A stretch of DNA of 64,000 nt from an uncultured Gammaproteobacteria bacterium. GTDB lineage: Bacteria > Patescibacteriota > Patescibacteriia > CAZGFX01. The translations under genes and the position numbers were made by a program. The stretch spans positions 31,051 through 95,050 of the forward strand of contig CAZGFX010000003.1 of NCBI GenBank assembly GCA_964524845.1. The letters are read 5' to 3'. Each line of letters begins with the position of its first letter. Within the stretch, counting starts at the first letter, position 1. Shown here piece by piece: positions 32,076-41,816 of the stretch. Under the pieces are notes generated by a model. The model was not told where the DNA came from, searched no databases, and worked only from the letters and a program-made list of their open reading frames with translations.

Positions 32076-34469
32076 ATGTTAACTCGTACATTAAAAACAA
32101 TTGGAATGATTGTTTTGTTTGCTCTGTTAGTCGGAGCTTATAAGACAAAGAGTTTCGGTCAGACAGTATCGATAACGAAAGATGTTTCCTTAGGAAATAA
32201 CAATATCGTTGCCGGTTCGGTATCTGCCGCTCTCGGACAATTTTTCGTTCGTGCGAACGCCGATAGTATTGCTGTTGAAAGCATTACGATCGGAACAGGA
32301 ACTACGAACACCTTTCCCTACAGTGTCGGAAATATAAACGCATTCGCTGGAAACAAAATTTCCAACGTACGTTTATATAAGTGGACGGGTTCTGTTTGGT
32401 CGCAAGTCGGACCAACGATATCAACTCCTTCCACATCACCAGTTTTTTCAGGATTAGGACTGCTCGTACCAGCGAACGATAGTGTTCGCATCAGAATAAT
32501 TGGAAACATTGCTGTCAGTGGTGTTTCTGAATCTGTCTTGCAATTAGGGGACGAAACTGTCACTGGAACAATAATCAGCTCTGGTAATCCGTACCAAACG
32601 GAATGCCTGACTGATTTGCAACAGATGATGATAAGTGTAGAACCCGGTCAGCTCACAGCGAGTATCGATCATACATCAGGACCAGCTAGTCAGATTCTTG
32701 TGGCAAGTGAGACGTATGCGACAATTGCTGATATGAAATTTTCAGCAAACATCGTAGAAAATATTGAATTGACGAAGATTGTTGTAGGCGGACTTGGTTT
32801 CTCAACCAATGTTACCCGTGTATATTTATATGACGGGGCTACGAAGATTGGTGAACAGCCTCTCACGCTCGATCCGGCAACAAGCGAGTATTACGCTGTC
32901 TTTGACAGTATGAATATAGCCATCTCAAAAGGATCATCAAAAATATTGACCTTAAAAGTCGATATTTCGGCAATTCAAGCACTCGCTACAAATTCCGAAT
33001 CCACACGATATCTCGCTCCGTTTATTATGTCAGCCGACGCCATTGGTATTGAATCGGTTTTACCGATAAAAGCATCGATGACACCTGTTAATGCAGATAA
33101 CTTTGCTCCCAATGGAACTCAGTCTTCTGTGTTTTATGAATTTGTTTATTCATCAGACGCTTTAAGCGGAACGACATATCCGACATTCGGATTTACAACA
33201 AATACAGATAATTTCACTAGTGGTAATGTTGTGTTAAATGGCGTTACAACTCTTTGGGATTCGACTAATAGAATTTCAAGACTTGGTTATGCAGATGCGA
33301 CAAGCACAACCGCTAATGTCAATTACGACGTAGGGGATATAGTGTATGTATATGACGGAAATGGTTTGGTAAAAGGAGCTGGGTTTGCAATCGTAAAAGT
33401 TCCTGTTGCTATAGGACAAGGACTTTCAGGTATTTGTATTAATCGCTTAATTGGCGACGATGTCGGACTTGGTGGAACTACGCCGAGTGTAAACATATTG
33501 GTAATTAATATAACGAAGAATACCAGTAACACACCCGGATCTCTCTATTTGTATCCTCGTATTGCGCCACGACCTTTCAGGTGTGACGATGTTGAAATCG
33601 GATTATCAAATGCGATGACAAACACTACACTGCCTCCTCAGGCTAATCAGATGATCGGGAGGTTCAACGTACAAGCCAGATGGCAACGCGATCTGACGAT
33701 TTCTAAAATCAAGGTTGTGGTAAACGGAGATAATAATCCGTTTTCGCCATACACTGTTGGCGCCATTTGTTCGAACGACGATCAAAGTGGGTGCAAGGTG
33801 AATAGCCTTGTATTAAAAGATGCGAACGATGTAGTTGTTCCTTCTGTTATCTCTTATTATATAGTTGATAACAAGATTGAGTTCGAACTTGTTGGTCCGA
33901 TTACGATCACCCAAGGACAATCGAAGGAGTTTCGGGTTTATGCGAACACATCGAACGTCAAAATGAACGGAAATGGCGTTCCTGTTACTTCTCAGGTTAA
34001 TCTTACAACTCAGATTCCTGGTGAACCCGGACCATTCCCTTGGATACAAGGTGGTATAATCGGATCATATGTTTCGGCATACGATAATTCAACAACAGTT
34101 GTTCTTGATATATCAGACGATCTTCCTCTTTATGGAGCAACTATTTCGTACGGTGGGTCAACTGATATTAAAGAAGGTGTTACACCGAAAGTAATCCGTC
34201 TCAATCAGAACTATCCGAACCCGTTCAATCCGACCACAACCATCAGTTATGAACTTCCGATCTCCGGTGTTGTAAGCGTCAAAGTATATAACACGCTTGG
34301 TCAGGAAGTACGAACTCTTGTGAACAATTCTGCTAAAATGGCAGGATTTCACTCGGTAACGTGGGATGGTAAAGATAACTCAGGAAAAGAGGTTTCAAGC
34401 GGAATATACTTATACCGCTTACAAACCGGAAACACCATAATTAACAAAAAAATGTTGTTCGTGAAGTAA
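32076..34469 (+). CDS. Large secreted protein with a T9SS-type C-terminal sorting domain
   Basis: AGGAGG RBS and signal peptide. C-terminus NQNYPNPFNPTTTISYELP...VKVYNTLGQEV...GFHSVTWDGKDNSGKEVSSGIYLYRLQTG...KKMLFVK matches the Por-secretion tail consensus. Confidence 0.75.
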   Translation: MLTRTLKTIGMIVLFALLVGAYKTKSFGQTVSITKDVSLGNNNIVAGSVSAALGQFFVRANADSIAVESITIGTGTTNTFPYSVGNINAFAGNKISNVRLYKWTGSVWSQVGPTISTPSTSPVFSGLGLLVPANDSVRIRIIGNIAVSGVSESVLQLGDETVTGTIISSGNPYQTECLTDLQQMMISVEPGQLTASIDHTSGPASQILVASETYATIADMKFSANIVENIELTKIVVGGLGFSTNVTRVYLYDGATKIGEQPLTLDPATSEYYAVFDSMNIAISKGSSKILTLKVDISAIQALATNSESTRYLAPFIMSADAIGIESVLPIKASMTPVNADNFAPNGTQSSVFYEFVYSSDALSGTTYPTFGFTTNTDNFTSGNVVLNGVTTLWDSTNRISRLGYADATSTTANVNYDVGDIVYVYDGNGLVKGAGFAIVKVPVAIGQGLSGICINRLIGDDVGLGGTTPSVNILVINITKNTSNTPGSLYLYPRIAPRPFRCDDVEIGLSNAMTNTTLPPQANQMIGRFNVQARWQRDLTISKIKVVVNGDNNPFSPYTVGAICSNDDQSGCKVNSLVLKDANDVVVPSVISYYIVDNKIEFELVGPITITQGQSKEFRVYANTSNVKMNGNGVPVTSQVNLTTQIPGEPGPFPWIQGGIIGSYVSAYDNSTTVVLDISDDLPLYGATISYGGSTDIKEGVTPKVIRLNQNYPNPFNPTTTISYELPISGVVSVKVYNTLGQEVRTLVNNSAKMAGFHSVTWDGKDNSGKEVSSGIYLYRLQTGNTIINKKMLFVK

Positions 34470-34511
34470 AAACACTTCGCAAAACAACAAAAAAGTTTAT
34501 TAACTTTAACA

Positions 34512-34556
34512 CTCGCCCTGATAGAATTATCTATCGGGGCAAGAATAAAGAAAATT
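34512..34556. repeat. 45-bp element, copy 2 of 2
   Basis: See 31958-32003. Followed by the terminator hairpin ccgccgagaacaaagtctcggcgg plus T-run at 34561-34592. Confidence 0.7.
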
Positions 34557-34612
34557 CAAACCGCCGAGAACAAAGTCTCGGCGGATTTTTTATTTTCCAA
34601 AAAAATCATTTC

Positions 34613-35605
34613 TTATTCCGCCAATTTTATAATACGAGAAATAAGTTTTTTATAAGAAACTCCTTCTGCTTCCATAAGCATCGGATACATTGATATATTG
34701 GTAAAGCCGGGAAGCGTATTGATTTCATTTATATATACATTGTTATTTTTAAGAAAAAAATCTATCCTGGCAAATCCAGTACAATCACAAAGCTTATATA
34801 CACGACTGGCTAAATCCCTTATTTCTTTCTCCTGTTTTTTCGTTATTTGCGCAGGAATCTGTGTCTTAGTCATTCCTTTTTTATATTTGTCATCATAATC
34901 ATAAAACTCTTTCGTAAGAATCAATTCTCCCGGACAAGAAATAACCAAATCATTGTTTCCAAGAACAGCAACCTCAAGCTCTCTATGACCGACAAGACCT
35001 TCTTCTATTATAATCTTTGAATCATGTTGATAAGCTTCGTGTATAGCGTAATTAATTTTCGAAAAATTACTGATTTTTGTAATTCCAACTGAAGAACCAG
35101 AATTTGCTGGTTTGACATACAAAGGAAATGAAAAACTGTTTTTAATTTCTTTTAGAATTCCGGTGATTTCGCTTTTTGAATTTCGAATAAAATCAATTAT
35201 TTTAAATTTTGTTTGTGGAACAAGATGTCCTAAAAGATGAGCTTTAAAAACGCCCTTATCCATACATAATGCGGAACTTAAAACACGACAACCACAATAC
35301 GGAATCTTTTGAATTTCAAACAATGATTGCAAAATTCCATCTTCTCCATATTTTCCATGTGTTACAGGAAATGCGATATCAAAATATTTTTTGAAATTAC
35401 TTGGTGTTATTTCTTTTCTTTCACTTATGTCCTTATATTTATCAATCGATTTTACTATAAAAAAACCTCCTTTTTTGTCCCAAAAAACACAAATTGGAAT
35501 ATATTTGTTTTTATCAATGTTTTTATAAACATTCTGAGCAGACGATAAAGAAACGTCAAACTCATTACTCATTCCACCAAAAAATATTCCTATCTTTTTT
35601 TTCAT
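34613..35605 (-). CDS. ddl: D-alanine--D-alanine ligase
   Basis: MKKKIGIFFGGMSNEFDVSLSSA N-terminus and ATP-grasp architecture. The start codon lies 1 nt after the smc stop. Confidence 0.85.
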   Translation of the reverse strand: MKKKIGIFFGGMSNEFDVSLSSAQNVYKNIDKNKYIPICVFWDKKGGFFIVKSIDKYKDISERKEITPSNFKKYFDIAFPVTHGKYGEDGILQSLFEIQKIPYCGCRVLSSALCMDKGVFKAHLLGHLVPQTKFKIIDFIRNSKSEITGILKEIKNSFSFPLYVKPANSGSSVGITKISNFSKINYAIHEAYQHDSKIIIEEGLVGHRELEVAVLGNNDLVISCPGELILTKEFYDYDDKYKKGMTKTQIPAQITKKQEKEIRDLASRVYKLCDCTGFARIDFFLKNNNVYINEINTLPGFTNISMYPMLMEAEGVSYKKLISRIIKLAE

Positions 35606-35606
35606 A

Positions 35607-38270
35607 TTATTCCGCCATCTTCTCTGCGTCGCGAAGTGCGAGAGAGATAAGTTGAGATGTTCCATCCGTACCCATTGTAACTCCGTACAGAGAACTTGCC
35701 GCGTGCATCACAGCTCTATTATGTGTAATACAAATAAATTGTGTGTTTGAAACTAGGTGCTGAAGAATATCAGAAAAACGATCTGAATTCGCCTCATCGA
35801 GCGCCGCATCAACCTCATCAAGTATAACAAATGGCGGTGGATTTGTGGCTATAATAGCACAAATAAGCGCGATAGAAGTCATCGTCTTCTCACCCCCTGA
35901 AAGAACTGATATGTTCATGATCTTTTTTCCAGGAGGCGTCGCCACAATCTCGATGCCCATACGAGAAAGCTTCGATTCTTTTTCAACTAAAGACTTTTTC
36001 TCTTCTGTTTGCTCCTCATCTCCCGTTGATGCGGCGCTCTCAGCCTCCTCGCCAACAACAATTTCTTCTTCTTTCTTTTCCTCAATTTCAACAAGTTTCA
36101 AATGAGCCTTTCCACCATTAAATAACTGTCGGAAATAAAGAGAAAAACTTTCATTAATACGTTTGAAGTTTTCATTAAACTTTTTCTCAATTATAACATC
36201 AAGCTCGCGAACAATGGCCTCAAGGTGTCCGAGAGATGTATTAAGATCTTCTGACTGTGTTTTCAAAAACGTATAACGCTCGGATACTTCTGTGAATTCT
36301 TTCGTAACTTCGGTATCAATACCACCAATATGTTGCAAACGCGCCTTTGTTTTTTGTATTTGATGTTTTAGCTCATCAACAGAAAGATGTGTTTCTTTCA
36401 TTTCAATATTAAAAGAATCCATTTCTTCTGGTAAACACATCTCTTGCTTTATTTCTCTGAGAAGATCTTCTTTGCGTTGTTCAAGTCTGGCTACCTCTAT
36501 TTTTATTTCGTTTGTATTAGATACGGCTTTATTAAATTCATTGGTAAGATTCTTCAAGTCTTCTTGGAGGGTAAATATTTTTTCTCTTTTTCTGTCTTCT
36601 TCTGCATTAAGCTCATCAATTTCCTTACGTTTTGACAACAATTGAATATCAATCTCCTCTATTTGTTTAGTGATATGATCACGATCACGTTGAAGCCCAG
36701 CAATAGCTTCGGTCTGATTCTCCGGTGTAATTTGGGATGCTTTAAGCTCCATTTCTGAACGCTCGAGTGCGCTTCTAGCTTCTGCGAGTCCCGTTTCAGA
36801 CTCAGAAAATTTATTTTGCAAAACCTCAACAGCAACACGTGCATCTGCAAATTTCACATTAAGCGAATCCTTTTCGTGATTTAATTTTTCAAAAACCCCA
36901 TTGAGTTCCGCCCTCTTATCTTCGTGCGATGTATCTGCATCAAGCATCTTATAAATCGTCTCGACCGAATCCAATATTAGACGTGCATCGTCTCTCAACA
37001 CAAAAAACTCATCTAGTGTCTCCGCTGATTCTATTCGAGACACAAAAGAAAATTGTAACTCTTTCACCTTTGCTGCGCTCTCTTTGATTTTCGGAAGTGT
37101 TACAATATTAGAAACAGCGCTTTCTGCGATTGAAATATGATGTTTTACCTCTGAAATTTGCGCATATATTTGATCCTTCATTTCTGTTAGTTCAGAAAGA
37201 TGGTTTTCCGCTTCTTTAAGTCGCGAGATAAAAGAAGAGTGTTCAAATTCTTTCGTACGAACACTTTCTTTCAAATCTTGTATTCTACGTTCAAGCCACC
37301 CGAGATCAGAAGCACCTTTCTGAACGTATTCGCTTTCGAGTTTTACCTGAATAATATTAAGGCTCTGTGCAAGTTGTGTACGAGATGTTTGAAGTCGTTG
37401 ATACTCGTTTTGAATTGTATCGAAAATATCTGATCTTTTTTTCTCTAAAGAAAATTCTTTTAAATGAGACTCTATTGTTTCAATGTCTTTTTTTATCAAT
37501 TCTTGCTCGTTTTGAGCTTTTATTGAAGCTTCAAAATTTTCAGTAAGTTGTTCACTAACGCCATTCCAAAGTATTGAATAATATGTTGTTTGAAGATCTA
37601 TTAATGTTTTTTCAATCATCTCTCTTTCCTCCAAACGCTTCACTTGTCTCGAAAGCATTTTCATACGAGGTTCAAGTTCAGCAAGCGTCAATGAAATTTG
37701 TTCAAGATTGTCACGAGTCAAACCAAGTTTACCTACGGTCTTGTCGCGTTTGATTTGATATTCTCGCACACCTGTCGCCTCATCAAAAAACACTCGTCTG
37801 TCATAAGAACTTGATTTCAAAACTCCATCAATCATTCCTTGTCCTACAATTCCATACGACTTTTGTCCCACGTTTGCACGAGCAAGTAGCAATATAACAT
37901 CGATGAGACGCACTTTTGAATTATTAATATAATATTCTCCTTCTCCTCCGCGAAACACACGACGAGTTAGAACAATCTCGCTGTATTCCATATCCTGTAA
38001 AGATCTGTCTTCGTTGTTTAAATACAATGACACCTCCGCCATATTAAGACGACCTTTTGATTCTGATCCAGCAAAAATAACGTCGTCTCCCTTTTTCGAA
38101 CGCAAAAGCTGCATACTCTGTTCTCCGAGCACCCAACGCATCGCATCAGCAATATTAGACTTACCGGATCCGTTTGGTCCAACCACTGCTGTAATATCTT
38201 TTTTGAACGTAAGAACGGTCTTTTTCGCGAAAGACTTAAATCCTTGAATTTCTATTTTTTGTAGATACAT
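35607..38270 (-). CDS. smc: SMC-family chromosome condensation ATPase (short, about 890 aa)
   Basis: IEIQGFKSF...VVGPNGSGKSNIADAMRWVLGEQS Walker A, coiled coils, C-terminal LSGGEK signature and DE Walker B. Confidence 0.85.
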   Translation of the reverse strand: MYLQKIEIQGFKSFAKKTVLTFKKDITAVVGPNGSGKSNIADAMRWVLGEQSMQLLRSKKGDDVIFAGSESKGRLNMAEVSLYLNNEDRSLQDMEYSEIVLTRRVFRGGEGEYYINNSKVRLIDVILLLARANVGQKSYGIVGQGMIDGVLKSSSYDRRVFFDEATGVREYQIKRDKTVGKLGLTRDNLEQISLTLAELEPRMKMLSRQVKRLEEREMIEKTLIDLQTTYYSILWNGVSEQLTENFEASIKAQNEQELIKKDIETIESHLKEFSLEKKRSDIFDTIQNEYQRLQTSRTQLAQSLNIIQVKLESEYVQKGASDLGWLERRIQDLKESVRTKEFEHSSFISRLKEAENHLSELTEMKDQIYAQISEVKHHISIAESAVSNIVTLPKIKESAAKVKELQFSFVSRIESAETLDEFFVLRDDARLILDSVETIYKMLDADTSHEDKRAELNGVFEKLNHEKDSLNVKFADARVAVEVLQNKFSESETGLAEARSALERSEMELKASQITPENQTEAIAGLQRDRDHITKQIEEIDIQLLSKRKEIDELNAEEDRKREKIFTLQEDLKNLTNEFNKAVSNTNEIKIEVARLEQRKEDLLREIKQEMCLPEEMDSFNIEMKETHLSVDELKHQIQKTKARLQHIGGIDTEVTKEFTEVSERYTFLKTQSEDLNTSLGHLEAIVRELDVIIEKKFNENFKRINESFSLYFRQLFNGGKAHLKLVEIEEKKEEEIVVGEEAESAASTGDEEQTEEKKSLVEKESKLSRMGIEIVATPPGKKIMNISVLSGGEKTMTSIALICAIIATNPPPFVILDEVDAALDEANSDRFSDILQHLVSNTQFICITHNRAVMHAASSLYGVTMGTDGTSQLISLALRDAEKMAE

Positions 38271-38384
38271 TAGCCAAAAATTACAACACCGATACTTTAA
38301 CACGTATTTTGTTAAATTTCTATACCAACGTGGGGATTGTTATTAATAAACAAAAAAGAGATTTAACAAAAACCTCTTTTTTGC

Positions 38385-38530
38385 ACACTCGCTTCGCTCA
38401 ACCCCCGCAAAGCGGGATCCCGTCTTGCGGGAATTGTCACCTCGAACAAAGTAGCCTGTCCCGACGAATGTCGGGAAGAAGTCTTCTTGCTCCATGACTT
38501 TTGACTTTTGACACATTCGCTTCGCTCAGT
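38385..38530. repeat. Family-B element bounded by CGCTTCGCTCA direct repeats
   Basis: cactcgcttcgctcaacccccgcaaagcgggatcccgtcttgcgggaattgtcacctcgaac...cattcgcttcgctcag. It shares about 40 nt almost exactly with 59990-60040. Confidence 0.8.
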
Positions 38531-38556
38531 GCAAGCTTTTGATTTTTAATTTTGTC

Positions 38557-39309
38557 TTATAACCACCCTTTCTTAACAAGTCCTTTGCGAGCGGCTTCGA
38601 CTTGTGCGTCTTGCTTGCTCGATCCCTCTCCTTCGGCAAGTAGTTCATCGGCTAAATATATTCCTACAATAAAATGTTTTTTGTGATCTGGACCTGTTTC
38701 AGAAAGCACCTTATAAGAAGGTGTTACACCAATTTTGTCTTGTGCCGCCTCTTGAAATAAACTTTTTGGATCAAGATACGATTTTTCTTCAAGAATATTC
38801 GAGAGATGTACAAGTATATGCATTTTTATGAATTCCTGACACGGACGATATCCCTGGTCGAGATACAATCCACCTATAATCGCTTCCATCGCATCAGCCA
38901 TAATATATTGACGAGCTTTTGAATTTGAATCCTTGGCCTCGCCTTTACTGAGATACAGATGTGGTTCCACATCTAGTTTTGTCGCAACCTCCGCGAGCAT
39001 GTTTGCATTAACAAGTGCGGCTCTCCAGTTTGTAAGTTCTCCTTCCGAATTCGGATAATTATGATAAAGATATTCGGTAATAACGAGTTCGAGTACGGCA
39101 TCACCTAAAAATTCGAGACGCTCATTGTGGTTGAGTTCGAATCCTGGGTGCTCATTAATATATGAGCGATGCACAAGTGCTTGGCGCAATAAATCTTTGT
39201 TTTTGAAAACAACTTTTAAGTTATTCTCTAGTAATATAATATCTTGCATACATGTGGTTGCATTAATGTTTTCTACTGATCTTTTCTTCTTTTTGTTTCG
39301 CATTTTCAT
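38557..39309 (-). CDS. rnc: Ribonuclease III
   Basis: ERLEFLGDAVL signature plus a dsRBD-like C-terminus. The true start may be the internal Met at 39249. Confidence 0.85.
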   Translation of the reverse strand: MKMRNKKKKRSVENINATTCMQDIILLENNLKVVFKNKDLLRQALVHRSYINEHPGFELNHNERLEFLGDAVLELVITEYLYHNYPNSEGELTNWRAALVNANMLAEVATKLDVEPHLYLSKGEAKDSNSKARQYIMADAMEAIIGGLYLDQGYRPCQEFIKMHILVHLSNILEEKSYLDPKSLFQEAAQDKIGVTPSYKVLSETGPDHKKHFIVGIYLADELLAEGEGSSKQDAQVEAARKGLVKKGWL

Positions 39310-40198
39310 CCGCAGGGTGTGTTTCTACTTTGAACCCAAGTCTTCTTAGACCATCGCGAAAAATATCTTTTGTATTTTCATATCCCAAAAGTCCAAGTGC
39401 CGCACCGGCATCAAACCAACGCGCATCCTGTAATTCTGGCTCTTTTGGAATTGTGAGTTTTACATCTGTTGCCTCAATGAGATAATAATGGACTGTTTTT
39501 GGTATTGGGGCTTTGTTCGGTTCATTAACAATAATCGAAATTGTTCCCAATTTTTCACGTACAACGAGGTTTTTCAAACCAACCTCTTCACCTATTTCGC
39601 GTTGAGCCGCATCTTCCAAGTCTTCGCCCTCGTTCATTTTTCCCTTCGGAAACGTCCATCGTCCTATCGCGTCTTTAATGAGCACAAATTTATATCCATC
39701 TGAATCTTTGTGATAAACCATTCCTCCTGCAGAAATCTGTCTCTCTCCTCCGTCCGAAAGTATTTTACGTATTTCGATTCCACCTTTTGTTTCTATATTT
39801 TTCAAAAGAGATCCCAAAACACCGTTCACAAATTTACTCGATGAAGGTGAACCAAATGTTTTCGCTAGTTCGATCGCTTCATTAATCGCAACTTTTGGTG
39901 GAATATCGTGAACATAGCGCAACTCATATACACCAATACGAAGTACGTTTCGATCTACGTTTGATATATGATCGATTGGCCACGCCGGTGCATACTGTGC
40001 AATTAAAGAATCAATTTCTACACGGTGCTCCAAAACTCCTTTGAGAAGGTTTTTAATAAATCCATTATCCCGATATCCGACCGCAAATTCACGAACATTG
40101 CGATCAAGAAGTATCTGGGCATCTACTTCAAAATTATTAAAATCACACTCAAACAAAGTTTGAAGAACCAAAGAACGAGCAAGGTGCCTATTTGACAT
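39263..40198 (-). CDS. NusB-like N-terminal domain fused to a C-terminal Nudix hydrolase domain
   Basis: N-terminus SLVLQTLFECDF...NAIELAKTFG is NusB-like. C-terminus GKMNEGEDLEDAAQREIGEEVGL is a Nudix box (GX5EX7REUXEEXGU). Confidence 0.7.
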   Translation of the reverse strand: MSNRHLARSLVLQTLFECDFNNFEVDAQILLDRNVREFAVGYRDNGFIKNLLKGVLEHRVEIDSLIAQYAPAWPIDHISNVDRNVLRIGVYELRYVHDIPPKVAINEAIELAKTFGSPSSSKFVNGVLGSLLKNIETKGGIEIRKILSDGGERQISAGGMVYHKDSDGYKFVLIKDAIGRWTFPKGKMNEGEDLEDAAQREIGEEVGLKNLVVREKLGTISIIVNEPNKAPIPKTVHYYLIEATDVKLTIPKEPELQDARWFDAGAALGLLGYENTKDIFRDGLRRLGFKVETHPADENAKQKEEKISRKH

Positions 40199-40293
40199 AT
40201 GTGCAAAGAATGAACAATTATTTAATTTTAAAGCTTTTAAAAAGCATTAATGAACAAACAGAAAATAATCGTACAAAAATATGAACGATTTAT

Positions 40294-40491
40294 TTACTTG
40301 TTGGTATTGAGATTCGCTTTGACGTTTACCTTAACGTCTTTTTTGTAGTATCCGCACGCAGAACACGCATGATGAGGTAGTGTTGATGTTCCGCATTGCG
40401 AACATATGTTAACGGAAACAGTTTCAAGCGCATGATGACCTCGACGAGCTCGAGTTCTTCGTTTTGAATATCGTTTTGACGGAAGACCCAT
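40294..40491 (-). CDS. rpmF: 50S ribosomal protein L32
   Basis: Basic N-terminus and a CxxC...CxxC zinc ribbon (CSQCG...CSACGYY). Confidence 0.75.
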   Translation of the reverse strand: MGLPSKRYSKRRTRARRGHHALETVSVNICSQCGTSTLPHHACSACGYYKKDVKVNVKANLNTNK

Positions 40492-40845
40492 ATACTAAGA
40501 TCATTACTGATTAATCTGATGCTATGTGTATATTTTTATATAAAAACACACATCTGCACCGCAACTATATACGTTATTTCGGTCTTTGTAAAGCCTAAAA
40601 AACGCCAAAGTGTTTGAAAAAATATGTTTTTTTATAAAATCATATTAAAAGTGCATAAACTATGGACAAAGTGTGGATAATATGTGATTATAATTAAATT
40701 AAAATAAACAGTTATTTGGCTAAGGTAAGACGATAAATCGTATTTTTCTTATTTTTAACATCTTCTTTGAAATTGACATTTTCTTTTTATGATGCTAACA
40801 TAAACATGCTCGTTAAAAAGGAATTCTGATACGTGCTTTTATATG

Positions 40846-41057
40846 TGTGTTGACGACAAGCATGGAAGTTTTTCTCTAAGTACATCCGGCTCAGGCTTGA
40901 TGTCGCTAGAGAAAAGTTTTCTTCAACACACATATGAGTGCGTGTTTCATAAGTAAAGCAGCTTAGGAAGTGTGTTGACGACAAGCATGGAAGTTTTTCT
41001 CTAAGTACATCCGGCTCAGGCTTGATGTCGCTAGAGAAAAGTTTTCTTCAACACACC
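40846..41057. repeat. Two 86-bp palindromic MITE-like copies (TIR GTGTGTTGA...TCAACACAC) separated by 38 bp
   Basis: 40846-40931 and 40970-41055 are near-identical. Each is a long imperfect hairpin with 9-bp terminal inverted repeats. Confidence 0.85.
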
Positions 41058-41085
41058 TCCCAGGCTGTTTTTTTGTTTTACAATA

Positions 41086-41402
41086 AATTGAAGCGAGCCG
41101 AAGTGCTCGCATCAAATTGGATGAGACATCTTCCTGACATCCGTCAGGACAGGCGCTTTCGTGCTCGATGTGACAAGCTCCATAAAGCGATAGCGTGCGG
41201 GGTATGTAGAGATATTTTTGGATGAAAAGGATAAGCGACTTGTTCGAGAGAACATAAAAATATAAATCATGAAGCGAGCCGAAGTGCTCGCATCAAATTG
41301 GATGAGACATTTTCCTGACATCCGTCAGGACAGGCGCTTTCGTGCTCGATGCGACAATGTTGGTCGAGGTGACAAGTTCCGCAAAGCGATAGCGTGCGGG
41401 GT
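41086..41402. repeat. Two roughly 120-bp direct repeats (gaagcgagccgaagtgctcgcatcaaattggatgagaca...gcgatagcgtgcgggg)
   Basis: Copies at 41086-41205 and 41270-41402. The second carries a 21-nt insertion resembling family B (gtcgaggtgacaag). Confidence 0.85.
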
Positions 41403-41410
41403 GTTAATAT

Positions 41411-41575
41411 TGTCATGCTGAACCTTTAGTCCTGAGTTCATCTCAGGATCTGCGCCCTTTCAGCATCTACCGTGTAATTTTTAACTACATTGTCATGCTG
41501 AACCTTTAGTCCTGAGTTCATCTCAGGATCTGCGCCCTTTCAGCATCTGCTGTGTGACTTTTGATAATATGAGTA
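41411..41575. repeat. Two tandem family-A palindromic elements
   Basis: Copies at 41411-41490 and 41491-41575. They match 15195-15275 at about 90% identity. Confidence 0.85.
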
Positions 41576-41812
41576 GATCCTGAAACAGGTACATAGATCC
41601 TGAAAGGAATACATAGATCCTGAAATAAATTCAGGATGACAAGGTCAGTTCAGAATGACACAGGCACATTGTATCAAGGAAGATTCTGAAACGAGTTCAG
41701 AATGACACAGGCACATTGTATCAAGGAAGATTCTGAAACAGATATATAGATCCTGAAAGGAATACACAGATCCTGAAATAAATTCAGGATGACATTGTTC
41801 AGGATGGTGGTG
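41575..41812. repeat. GATCCTGAAA 20-mer arrays flanking two 45-bp tandem copies (gttcagaatgacacaggcacattgtatcaaggaagattctgaaac)
   Basis: 20-mers at 41581-41640 and 41746-41800. 45-mers at 41648-41692 and 41695-41739. Confidence 0.85.
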
Positions 41813-41816
41813 CAAA

